A DNA stretch of 29,192 nt from the IMG/VR virus record IMGVR_UViG_2700989521_000016; one strand, 5' to 3'. A program made the position numbers and the translations under genes. Below, piece after piece: positions 7,312-14,624 of this stretch. The notes under the pieces were generated by a model that worked only from the letters and a program-made list of their open reading frames with translations, did no database searches and had not been told where the DNA came from. How positions within the stretch are numbered: position 1 is the stretch's first letter; each line of letters opens with the position of its first letter. The DNA comes from a virus. Its lineage: Duplodnaviria; Heunggongvirae; Uroviricota; Caudoviricetes.

Positions 7312-8093
7312 ACAACGTTTTTACCGCAATACAAAACCGTGACGGAGAGGCCCTTTCTCGCATGTCAGGTTATGAGCATCAGTACACCAACAATGACAAC
7401 GTAGTGAACATGTCAGCAGAGAGGCTTGTTGATGCCCTTTTCAAACAGTTGAAACAACTGTTTCCGGCGGCAGTGGTAACCAACCTGAAGACGCCAGAGC
7501 AGGAAGTTGCTGCAAAACAGCAGTGGATTGCTGCGTTTGCCGAAGGGGGGATCCGAACCCGTAAACAGGTTTCTGCTGGTATGCGCCACGCCCGCGCCAG
7601 TGATTCTCCGTTCTGGCCGTCGCCAGGGCAATTCATCAAGTGGTGCAAAGACAGCAAGATGGTTCTTGGCGTCACCATTGACGATGTGATGACGGAGTTT
7701 CACCGGTACAGCAAGGAAAAAAGTTTATATCCTGGTGGTCCCGAAAGATTCCCGTGGCGGCATCCGGTTATGTACTGGGTCGTATGTGATACCCGCCGTG
7801 CAATGTATCAGCGCCAGCTTAGCGAGATTGAGGTTGAGAAACACGCGCGCAGGCTGCTCGATGATTGGGCGAAAAAGGTGGCTTCCGGACAGCAGATACC
7901 CGATCCGGTGATCAGCATACAGGCAAAGCCAGAACCCATGAGTACGCCTCCGGAAACAGGGAGAGACGTTTACCATCCACCAGGGCGAAGTTTCGGGTGC
8001 ATGCCTAACGCCGCCACCCTGGGGGGAATAACACCGGCGCAGTGGCTGATGGAGGAATACAGGCGGGGAAAGGCGGCAGGATTTATCAAGTAA
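7308..8093 (+). CDS. Replication protein P-like (DnaB helicase loader family)
   Basis: Motif SAGMRHARASDSPFWPSPGQFIKWCKD parallels lambda P (NAGMRVARRQNRPFLPSPGQFVAWCRE) from memory; GTG at 7308 overlaps the O-like stop (GTGA) with GGGAGG SD 7 nt upstream; alternative ATG start at 7293. Confidence 0.85.
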   Translation: MNNVFTAIQNRDGEALSRMSGYEHQYTNNDNVVNMSAERLVDALFKQLKQLFPAAVVTNLKTPEQEVAAKQQWIAAFAEGGIRTRKQVSAGMRHARASDSPFWPSPGQFIKWCKDSKMVLGVTIDDVMTEFHRYSKEKSLYPGGPERFPWRHPVMYWVVCDTRRAMYQRQLSEIEVEKHARRLLDDWAKKVASGQQIPDPVISIQAKPEPMSTPPETGRDVYHPPGRSFGCMPNAATLGGITPAQWLMEEYRRGKAAGFIK

Positions 8094-8098
8094 TACCA

Positions 8099-8118
8099 GC
8101 GCGATAGCGCATTTTTTT
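8099..8118 (+). terminator. Probable rho-independent terminator after the P-like gene
   Basis: Short GC stem (GCGC GATA GCGC, 8099-8110) followed by ATTTTTTT (8111-8118); stem is only 4 bp so strength uncertain. Confidence 0.45.
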
Positions 8119-8130
8119 ACGCCTCAATAA

Positions 8131-8207
8131 TTACCTTCTGGGTAATGAGATATTCTAAAATCTATTGATTTCGTGTCTTATGTGGTTTTTAATTACCTCA
8201 GGGGTAA
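8131..8207. promoter_or_regulatory. Promoter region of the nin-like operon with two perfect TTACC-N5-GGTAA palindromes (8131-8145, 8193-8207)
   Basis: TTACCTTCTGGGTAA and TTACCTCAGGGGTAA read directly; TTGATT (8165-8170) then 17 bp then TTTAAT (8188-8193) looks like a sigma70 promoter; second palindrome overlaps the -10/RBS of the gene starting at 8211. Confidence 0.6.
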
Positions 8208-8210
8208 ATC

Positions 8211-8555
8211 ATGAGAAAGCAGATACAGGCTCTTGGTCGACTCAAAACAGGCCAGATGAACAAAACAGAATCTGCGTATTGCCAGCACCTTGAGCAGCGT
8301 AAACGTGCAGGGGAAATCGCCTGGTATCGGTTCGAGGGTATCAAGCTGCGGCTGGCTGACAACACGTTCTATACGCCAGATTTCGCTGTGATGCTCGCCA
8401 CTGGTGAGATGGAACTGCATGAAGTGAAAGGTTTCTGGACCGACGACGCTAGGGTGAAAACCAAAGTCGCCGCAGATCAGTATCCGTTCCGAATCATCGG
8501 GGTAACGGTTAAGCCAAAGAAAGCAGGTGGCGGCTGGAATATCGAAGAGTTCTGA
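8211..8555 (+). CDS. Hypothetical protein, possible PD-(D/E)XK-fold nuclease-like
   Basis: 114 aa; pattern TPDFAV...ELHEVKG suggestive of a D...E-x-K motif; inference only. Confidence 0.6.
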   Translation: MRKQIQALGRLKTGQMNKTESAYCQHLEQRKRAGEIAWYRFEGIKLRLADNTFYTPDFAVMLATGEMELHEVKGFWTDDARVKTKVAADQYPFRIIGVTVKPKKAGGGWNIEEF

Positions 8556-8616
8556 ATCGACGATCTTTTTAGTTATCAATGTAATCAATAAGTTATGTGG
8601 ATAAGCGAGGGTAAAG

Positions 8617-9120
8617 ATGGAAAGTAATATCAAAGGGTTAGTTTCCGCCGGGCATGAGATGGCTTCGGAACTGAAAGCAGAATGTGGGGCCGTTGATATG
8701 CGTAGTGTGGCAAAGCTGATCAGCAATTTGGCAACGCAATTGGAAGTGCAACTGGTGCGTGCTAATGCGCTGGCCGAAGACCACCAGAGAGCGATTGAGT
8801 CAATTAAGCAGGCTGATGCAGCTGTTAAGTTGGCACACGAGAAGTTTTCGGCGCTGGCAGCGGAGAATGCAAAGCTGAAGAAGTTCTGCAAAGACGCTGC
8901 ATTCGATGCCGATTACGAAGCAGAGCTAGGTATGGAGAGAGGTGGATTCAGTGATGCACTTAACGAAATAAAAACCCCAGCCACCGACGCCTTCCTGGCT
9001 GAAGTGCGGGCTCAGGGTGTGGAGATGCTCTACGCAAGCAGAGCGGCTCAGTGGGCTGATGAATTGTTAGCTGAGCTTAATGAATTCGCCACTCAGCTTC
9101 GCGAAGGAGGTGCAGCATGA
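8617..9120 (+). CDS. Hypothetical protein (167 aa), Ala/Glu-rich, probably coiled-coil
   Basis: ORF with GAGGGT SD; no family recognised. Confidence 0.6.
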   Translation: MESNIKGLVSAGHEMASELKAECGAVDMRSVAKLISNLATQLEVQLVRANALAEDHQRAIESIKQADAAVKLAHEKFSALAAENAKLKKFCKDAAFDADYEAELGMERGGFSDALNEIKTPATDAFLAEVRAQGVEMLYASRAAQWADELLAELNEFATQLREGGAA

Positions 9121-9350
9121 GCAATCAGATTAAGCCTGCCAGAAGAATTGATGCAGATGGTAATGCCAGAGACGTCGACAACGCTTACGAGGAGGGAATC
9201 TACGCCGCCGTAATAGGCCTCGAGGTAACTGACAATCCGTATTCAACAGATGATCCACTCAACCGTAAGCTTTGGCTAAAGGCTTTCGCTGGGGTCAAGA
9301 GTGGAAAGATCAGAAGCGCCGCCCAGTTACGCAAAGGAGGCAACCAGTGA
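9117..9350 (+). CDS. Hypothetical protein (77 aa)
   Basis: ATG overlaps previous stop (ATGA); GGAGG SD upstream. Confidence 0.55.
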   Translation: MSNQIKPARRIDADGNARDVDNAYEEGIYAAVIGLEVTDNPYSTDDPLNRKLWLKAFAGVKSGKIRSAAQLRKGGNQ

Positions 9351-10120
9351 GCAAGATTGATTATCAGGCACTGCGTGAAGCGGCAGAAAAAGCAACGTGT
9401 GGTGAGTGGTCGCTCGAATATGGAGAGGGCCGATTTGATGGTGATGATGCGCTAATTAATCGCGAGGCTGCTGGATATATTCCCATTTGCAGAATTGAAG
9501 GAGCGCATCCTGAAAGCGGTTTCGATGAAGATTTCCAAATGGAACAGCAGGCCAATGCTGAATTCATCGCTGCAGCCAATCCGGCTACCGTGCTGGCACT
9601 GCTGGATGAACGGGAAAGAAACCAGCAATACATCAAACGCCGCGACCAGGAGAACGAGGATATTGCGCTAACGGTAGGGAAGCTGAGAGTTGAGCTGGAA
9701 GCCGCAGAGAATAACCTCATTGATAGTGAATGCCATGTTGCTGAACTGGAAGAAGCGCTACGCAATAAGCAGGCGTTACTTGAAGCATCAGAGAAGCGCA
9801 ACGCAAAATTACAAAGCGAGAATGCATACATCCGCAACCGGTACAAAGAACTGGACCTATTAATCGGGAAAAACATTCTGGTCATGCAGGCTGCCATTAT
9901 CGAATGGCAATCGACTGGCGACGCTAAAAGCGGACTAGCATGGATTTATAACACACTGTTTGGCCCAGGCGAATTGCCGGACGAATCTGAGAAAAATGCT
10001 CAGGCCTACTTTAATCGCAAATATGCACCGATTGACGAAAAGCTTATGGCGCTTCACAAGTGGTTTTGGGAACAAAGTGAAGCCGAGCGCGCCGCTGGCA
10101 TTCGCATCAAAGGAGAGTGA
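9347..10120 (+). CDS. Ead/Ea22-like protein (tentative), coiled-coil central region
   Basis: GTG at 9347 overlaps the previous stop (GTGA) with AAGGAGG SD 6 nt upstream; N-terminal IDYQALREAAEKATCGEW motif recalls the ead/Ea22-like family from memory; the ORF track's upstream extension from 9272 overlaps the preceding gene and was not used. Confidence 0.6.
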   Translation: MSKIDYQALREAAEKATCGEWSLEYGEGRFDGDDALINREAAGYIPICRIEGAHPESGFDEDFQMEQQANAEFIAAANPATVLALLDERERNQQYIKRRDQENEDIALTVGKLRVELEAAENNLIDSECHVAELEEALRNKQALLEASEKRNAKLQSENAYIRNRYKELDLLIGKNILVMQAAIIEWQSTGDAKSGLAWIYNTLFGPGELPDESEKNAQAYFNRKYAPIDEKLMALHKWFWEQSEAERAAGIRIKGE

Positions 10121-10121
10121 T

Positions 10122-10331
10122 ATGGCTATCGCTGCAAGTTACACCATGCATCTCTATTGTGATTGCCTCCAGTGTACAGATGGCAAATATAAGTCGCCAG
10201 ACTTCGGTGAGTATATAGGTACGTCATGGGCTGGCTGTGCAAAAGAGGCGCGCAAGGATGGCTGGCGAATAAGCAAAGACAAAACGCGTGCTTTTGCGCC
10301 CGGGCATAAAGTTTTGAGGATTAACAAATGA
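10122..10331 (+). CDS. Small Cys-containing hypothetical protein (69 aa)
   Basis: ATG at 10122 with AGGAGA SD; C-x-C-x2-C cluster (HLYCDCLQCTDG); the track's longer ORF from 9960 overlaps the upstream gene. Confidence 0.5.
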   Translation: MAIAASYTMHLYCDCLQCTDGKYKSPDFGEYIGTSWAGCAKEARKDGWRISKDKTRAFAPGHKVLRINK

Positions 10332-11017
10332 CCACTATAACCAAAGAGCGACTGATGACAATCAAGGAGTGGCGCGAAACATACGGACCTGGTAGCAACG
10401 TTGTGCTGCCAGCAGAAGAAGCGGAAGAACTGGCACGAATTGCACTGGCATCACTGGGAGCAGAACCAGTTGCTTATATTTTCAAACATCCGGCCGGGAA
10501 ATTATTCTGGGCTTTAACGGATGAAAGCAATAAAGAGCAAGCGGACGTTATTCCTGTTTATGCTGCCGCGCCTGCGTCGGTTGTGCCGGATAATGCATCA
10601 GAGCCTCTTGCTTATGCTTACAAAGAGCTTACGCCTGAGATTATGCGCAACCATTTAGCTGTATTCGAGCGATATGGAATAGCCCCAAACGATAGCTCTA
10701 CCACAATTCAGGCACTGCGAATCGCGCTGGATGGCATAGAGCGGAGCGACGCCATGCTTCATGGTGCCGAACCTGTAAGCCAAACTTACAAGTTGAACCA
10801 GCTATCGGGCAACTCTCCGGTAACTCCGGATGATTGGATAAGCTGTAGTGAGCAAATGCCGGACGACGCGCAGTGGTGCGTAGTGAACACAGAATACGGG
10901 TATTACGTGCAATGCTGGTCTGAAGGTCAAGGGTGGCTTGGTGATGATATCAGCATCCCTGAATGCGATGTAATCAATTGGATGCCGCTACCAGAACCGC
11001 CGCAGGAGGTGAAGTAA
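10328..11017 (+). CDS. DUF551-domain protein (tentative)
   Basis: 229 aa; C-terminal pattern DDWISCSEQMP...W...NWMPLPEPP resembles DUF551 from memory; ATG overlaps previous stop (ATGA). Confidence 0.6.
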   Translation: MTTITKERLMTIKEWRETYGPGSNVVLPAEEAEELARIALASLGAEPVAYIFKHPAGKLFWALTDESNKEQADVIPVYAAAPASVVPDNASEPLAYAYKELTPEIMRNHLAVFERYGIAPNDSSTTIQALRIALDGIERSDAMLHGAEPVSQTYKLNQLSGNSPVTPDDWISCSEQMPDDAQWCVVNTEYGYYVQCWSEGQGWLGDDISIPECDVINWMPLPEPPQEVK

Positions 11018-11385
11018 TGGACTATTCACAGTTAAGTGATTTTGAAATTAACAGAATGGTAGGAGACATAATTTTTAAAGGCCTTTGGGCATGTAAACCG
11101 GAAACATCAGGGAATAACACCAACAAATGGTATTACGGAAATGCTGATACAACTTTTGAGCCATTAAACCCTTTACCTGACTACTGCAATGATCCGAGCG
11201 CCTCATGGCCTGTAATCGCAAAACATCAGATCAGCATATGTGCATACGAAAGAAATAATCCTGGAATGAAGAATGAATATTGGTGGGAGGCGGATAGATT
11301 TTGTGAATTTATTACCATAGACAACAACCCACTCCGCGCCGCCATGATTGTATTTCTCATGATGCAGGAAAATCAGAATGGCTAA
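11017..11385 (+). CDS. Hypothetical protein (122 aa), possibly NinX/DUF2591-like
   Basis: ATG at 11017 overlaps previous stop (TAATG); GGAGG SD; N-terminus MDYSQLSDFEINRMVG; family assignment from memory only. Confidence 0.55.
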   Translation: MDYSQLSDFEINRMVGDIIFKGLWACKPETSGNNTNKWYYGNADTTFEPLNPLPDYCNDPSASWPVIAKHQISICAYERNNPGMKNEYWWEADRFCEFITIDNNPLRAAMIVFLMMQENQNG

Positions 11386-11716
11386 ATCATCAGCAGAGCG
11401 CAAAGCCGCTCAGAGAGCCAGACAAGCTGCATCTGGTGTGCGTAAGCTGGAAATTGTGCTTGATGCTCAGGAAATTGAAATGCTGGAGCGTAACTGTGCC
11501 ACGCGTCGCCCCGGGCGTGCGCCTTACGAATTTGGTGAGTATATAGCGTTACTGATCCGCCAGGATGATGCACGCGTGCGCGGGCGTATAAAATCGATCA
11601 GCAGAAAACGTTGCGGTAAGTGCGGCGAGAGAGTTCCAGTTAATTCATGCCCGTGTAATGGTGACTCGCAATGCTGGGTGACTAAAGGCTGGCATGAAAC
11701 GAAATTAATAGTGTGA
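11378..11716 (+). CDS. Hypothetical protein (112 aa) with C-terminal Cys cluster, last gene before terminator and packaging genes
   Basis: Basic N-terminus, RCGKCGERVPVNSCPCNGDSQCW zinc-binding-like cluster; could be a regulator, but no family recognised. Confidence 0.55.
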   Translation: MAKSSAERKAAQRARQAASGVRKLEIVLDAQEIEMLERNCATRRPGRAPYEFGEYIALLIRQDDARVRGRIKSISRKRCGKCGERVPVNSCPCNGDSQCWVTKGWHETKLIV

Positions 11717-11724
11717 CATGTCAC
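11713..11724. repeat. Perfect 12-bp palindrome GTGACATGTCAC, copy 1
   Basis: Read directly; overlaps the stop codon of the gene ending at 11716; identical copy at 13978-13989. Confidence 0.8.
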
Positions 11725-11765
11725 GAGTAGATTATGCATGATGAATTTGATGGGTTTTGAATACT

Positions 11766-11791
11766 GCCGCCAACTATGGCGGCTTTATTTT
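11766..11791 (+). terminator. Rho-independent terminator separating early/middle genes from the packaging genes
   Basis: Stem GCCGCCA/TGGCGGC (11766-11783, loop ACTA) followed by TTTATTTT (11784-11791). Confidence 0.75.
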
Positions 11792-11802
11792 GCATGATAC
11801 TA

Positions 11803-11835
11803 TTACCACAACGGTAACTATTACCACGGTGGTTA
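11803..11835. promoter_or_regulatory. Two TTACC-N5-GGTAA-type palindromes directly upstream of the small terminase start (11803-11817 perfect, 11821-11835 9/10)
   Basis: TTACCACAACGGTAA and TTACCACGGTGGTTA read directly; second site abuts the terS ATG at 11835. Confidence 0.6.
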
Positions 11836-12431
11836 TGATGCCTGCTGAACCTAAAACCTATAAACGCAAATCAACGCAATTTAAGCCACTAACAGCAATG
11901 CAGGAGGCTTATTGCCAGTCATACATCAAAACGCCTGAAAACCAGACTCAGGCAGCGATTAACGCAGGATTCTCCCCAAATACAGCGGCAGTTAAAGCCA
12001 GTGTCATGATGCGCGATGAACGCATTCAAAAACGGATTGCCGAGTTGATGGAGGAGCGCAACAAACGAATGCGCATCAGTGCTGATTACGTTCTCATGCG
12101 CCTGGTGGAGATCGACCAGATGGACGTGATCGACATCCTCAACGACGATGGGAGCCTTAAACCAATCTGTGAGTGGCCGAAAATTTGGCGCACTACGCTT
12201 AGTGGCTTTGATCTGTCATCGACCATCATGAACATGAACGAGGATTCGATAGAGACAATCCTCAAAAAAATTAAATGGCCTGACAAGGTGAAGAACCTTG
12301 AGCTGATTGGTAAGCATGTTGATGTCAACGCGTTCAAAGAACGTCTGGATGTTAATGTGAATGTGACAATTGCTGATCGCATAGCAGCAGCCAGGAAGCG
12401 ACTCAAAGAACGTCAGGATGGTAATCACTGA
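11835..12431 (+). CDS. terS: Terminase small subunit
   Basis: ATG at 11835 (MMPAEPKTYKRKSTQFKPLTAMQEAYCQ...), downstream of terminator; position immediately upstream of the large terminase; the track's 11757 start lies inside the terminator and was not used. Confidence 0.7.
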   Translation: MMPAEPKTYKRKSTQFKPLTAMQEAYCQSYIKTPENQTQAAINAGFSPNTAAVKASVMMRDERIQKRIAELMEERNKRMRISADYVLMRLVEIDQMDVIDILNDDGSLKPICEWPKIWRTTLSGFDLSSTIMNMNEDSIETILKKIKWPDKVKNLELIGKHVDVNAFKERLDVNVNVTIADRIAAARKRLKERQDGNH

Positions 12432-12460
12432 CAGATACAGCGTTATCTCCTGAAGAGCAG

Positions 12461-13903
12461 TTGATCGAGGATATTGCAGGGTTCACTCACGATCCGCTTG
12501 GCTATGCCCTCTATGCGTTCCCGTGGGGGGAAGAGGGGACTGAATTAGCACATGCCACCGGTCCACGTCAGTGGCAGGCTGATGCGTTCCGAGAGATACG
12601 TGATCACCTGCAGAATCCAGAGACGCGCTATCAGCCGCTTATGCTGGCACGTGCTTCGGGTCACGGTATTGGTAAATCCGCATTCATCTCAATGCTGATC
12701 AACTGGGGCATGTCCACTTGCGAGGATTGTAAGGTCGTGGTGACCGCCAACACCGACAACCAGCTACGAACGAAGACTTGGCCGGAAATTATCAAGTGGT
12801 CGAACCTTGCTATCACGAAAGACTGGTTTACCTGTACCGCTACCGCGATGTACAGCAATGACCCTGGGCACGACAAGCGGTGGCGAGCTGACGCAATCCC
12901 CTGGTCTGAGCACAACACTGAGGCATTCGCCGGACTACACAACGAGCGCAAACGCATCATCGTGGTATTCGATGAAGCGTCGAACATTGCGGATCTGGTG
13001 TGGGAAGTTGCCGAGGGTGCGCTAACGGACGAAGACACTGAGATTATCTGGGTGGCGTTCGGAAACCCGACGCGTAACACCGGGCGTTTCCGTGAATGTT
13101 TCCGCAAGTACAAACACCGCTGGAAGTGTGCGCAGATTGACAGCCGGACGGTGGAAGGCACTAACAAACAGCAGTTGCAGAAATGGGTTGATGACTACGG
13201 GGAAGACAGCGACTTCGTTAAAATCCGTGTGCGCGGCATATTCCCGGATGCATCTGAATTGCAGTTTATCCCTACTGGCCTTACTGACGAGGCAATGAAA
13301 CGGGTGGTAACCGCTGCGCAGGTTGCACATGCTCCGGTGATAATCGGCGTTGACCCGGCATACTCCGGCGTTGATGACGCTGTGATATACCTGCGGCAGG
13401 GGCTGCACAGTAAGGTGCTGTGGACTGGCAACAAGACCACTGACGATCTGATTATGGCGAAGCGTATCGCTGACTTTGAAGACCAGTACCAGGCTGACGC
13501 AGTGTTCATCGACTTCGGTTACGGAACTGGTCTGAAGTCAATCGGTGACGGCTGGGGTCGTACATGGCAACTTGTTCCGTTCGGTGGCGCGTCTACTGAC
13601 CCGCAGATGCTCAACAAGCGTGGGGAGATGTTCATCTCATGCAAGACATGGCTGAGGCTGGGTGGCATGCTTGATGACCAGGAAACAGCGGACGACCTGT
13701 CGGCGGCTGAGTACAAAGTTCGAGTGGACGGTAAAATCGTTATCGAACCGAAGGAAGATATCAAGGAGCGGCTTGGGCGTTCGCCGGGTAAAGGCGATGC
13801 GCTACTGCTGACGTTTGCGTTCCCTGTGTCGAAGCGTCTGCGAATTCCCGGGCAGCAGAACCAGCAAGGCAAGGCCATCACAGATTACGATCCCTATGCT
13901 TAA
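12461..13903 (+). CDS. terL: Terminase large subunit (ATPase plus nuclease domains)
   Basis: 480 aa; Walker A-like ASGHGIGKS; VVFDEASN Walker B-like; TTG start at 12461 as in ORF track (in-frame stop at 12422-12424 limits upstream extension). Confidence 0.85.
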   Translation: MIEDIAGFTHDPLGYALYAFPWGEEGTELAHATGPRQWQADAFREIRDHLQNPETRYQPLMLARASGHGIGKSAFISMLINWGMSTCEDCKVVVTANTDNQLRTKTWPEIIKWSNLAITKDWFTCTATAMYSNDPGHDKRWRADAIPWSEHNTEAFAGLHNERKRIIVVFDEASNIADLVWEVAEGALTDEDTEIIWVAFGNPTRNTGRFRECFRKYKHRWKCAQIDSRTVEGTNKQQLQKWVDDYGEDSDFVKIRVRGIFPDASELQFIPTGLTDEAMKRVVTAAQVAHAPVIIGVDPAYSGVDDAVIYLRQGLHSKVLWTGNKTTDDLIMAKRIADFEDQYQADAVFIDFGYGTGLKSIGDGWGRTWQLVPFGGASTDPQMLNKRGEMFISCKTWLRLGGMLDDQETADDLSAAEYKVRVDGKIVIEPKEDIKERLGRSPGKGDALLLTFAFPVSKRLRIPGQQNQQGKAITDYDPYA

Positions 13904-13953
13904 TCCGTTGGAGGGGATAATGCTGCTGATATCCTCTGGCGAGGATAAAACAA

Positions 13954-13973
13954 AGCCAGCTCATCGGCTGGCT
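13954..13973. terminator. Bidirectional terminator-like hairpin between terL and the convergent moron gene
   Basis: Stem AGCCAGC/GCTGGCT with loop TCATCG; A-rich upstream (U tract on minus strand) and GTTTGTG downstream on plus strand. Confidence 0.55.
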
Positions 13974-13977
13974 GTTT

Positions 13978-13989
13978 GTGACATGTCAC
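13978..13989. repeat. Perfect 12-bp palindrome GTGACATGTCAC, copy 2
   Basis: Read directly; identical to 11713-11724, shared flanks extend the match to tGTGACATGTCACg. Confidence 0.8.
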
Positions 13990-13993
13990 GGTG

Positions 13994-14350
13994 TTATTGC
14001 TCGCTTAGCTTCTGCTTCAGCAAGTAACCTTCGAGCATCCAGATTTTGTTTACAGCATTCTGCCGGGCAATCTTCCGACCAATTTCTGCATCAAAGTTTT
14101 CCTGGCTTGCACAGGCACTCTCTCCGGTGACGGTGAAGCCATTCTTCAGCACCAGTACGCAGAAAGTCAGGAGGTCTGTAGAGTTATGCGCTGTCCATGA
14201 ATCGCCAACGCCCATATTGGCGGCACGAATGCCGTCATAAGCAGTAAAGAAATGCTCTTCAAGAATGATGCTTTCGATATATTGAGGCGTAACTCGCGGT
14301 GCCGTTTTGCCTTTCTCAACGATTTCTTTTTCGATTTGCTGGTCGTTCAT
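13994..14350 (-). CDS. Moron-like hypothetical protein (118 aa) on the opposite strand to the late genes; possibly Gp49/Sf6 gp66-like family (tentative)
   Basis: ATG at 14348-14350 with AAGGTGAG SD; flanked by terminator hairpins on both sides; motif NGFTVTGESACASQENFDAEIGRKIA recalls a conserved phage family from memory. Confidence 0.7.
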   Translation of the reverse strand: MNDQQIEKEIVEKGKTAPRVTPQYIESIILEEHFFTAYDGIRAANMGVGDSWTAHNSTDLLTFCVLVLKNGFTVTGESACASQENFDAEIGRKIARQNAVNKIWMLEGYLLKQKLSEQ

Positions 14351-14361
14351 AATCTCACCTT

Positions 14362-14385
14362 AAAAAAATGCCCGGCGAACCGGGC
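14362..14385 (-). terminator. Strong rho-independent terminator between the tRNA and the moron gene
   Basis: Minus strand reads GCCCGG-UUCG-CCGGGC followed by A + UUUUUUU; U tract ends 12 nt before the moron start codon. Confidence 0.75.
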
Positions 14386-14547
14386 GAACTGGAAGCAATG
14401 AGTTCTTCCTTCCGTGGATGTACGGGTTTACAGCATGAAGTCATCGCAATGGCGTCCTGCTGTAAAAAGTGCGGTGATAGTCCTTCAAGGGAAACCATCA
14501 CCGCCAAGCACTGGAACTTCTGGCATCACGGTCCTTAGGCGTGATTC

Positions 14548-14624
14548 TGGCGTGGCATGCAGGATTCGAACCTGCGACCAACCGCTTAGAAGGCGGTTGC
14601 TCTGTCCGACTGAGCTAATGCCAC
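14548..14624 (-). tRNA. tRNA-Arg (anticodon UCU), phage-borne
   Basis: Manually folded 77-nt cloverleaf on minus strand: acceptor GTGGCAT/ATGCCAC, D-arm GCTC/GAGC, anticodon stem ACCGC/GCGGT with loop CTTCTAA (anticodon TCT), T-arm GCAGG-TTCGAAT-CCTGC identical to E. coli argU as recalled, discriminator G and encoded CCA. Confidence 0.8.

Noticed and set aside
8193-8891. 232-aa minus-strand ORF
   Set aside because: Entirely antisense to two well-supported plus-strand genes (8211-8555, 8617-9120) with good RBSs; low-complexity Ala/Ser-rich translation; judged a spurious shadow ORF.
9364-9897. 177-aa minus-strand ORF
   Set aside because: Antisense to the Ea22-like gene; Ser/Ala-rich low-complexity translation.
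11713-11724. CRP-binding site
   Set aside because: The palindrome has TGTGA and TCAC half-sites but a 4-bp spacer instead of the 6 bp of the CRP consensus, and the identical copy at 13978 argues for a phage-specific element.
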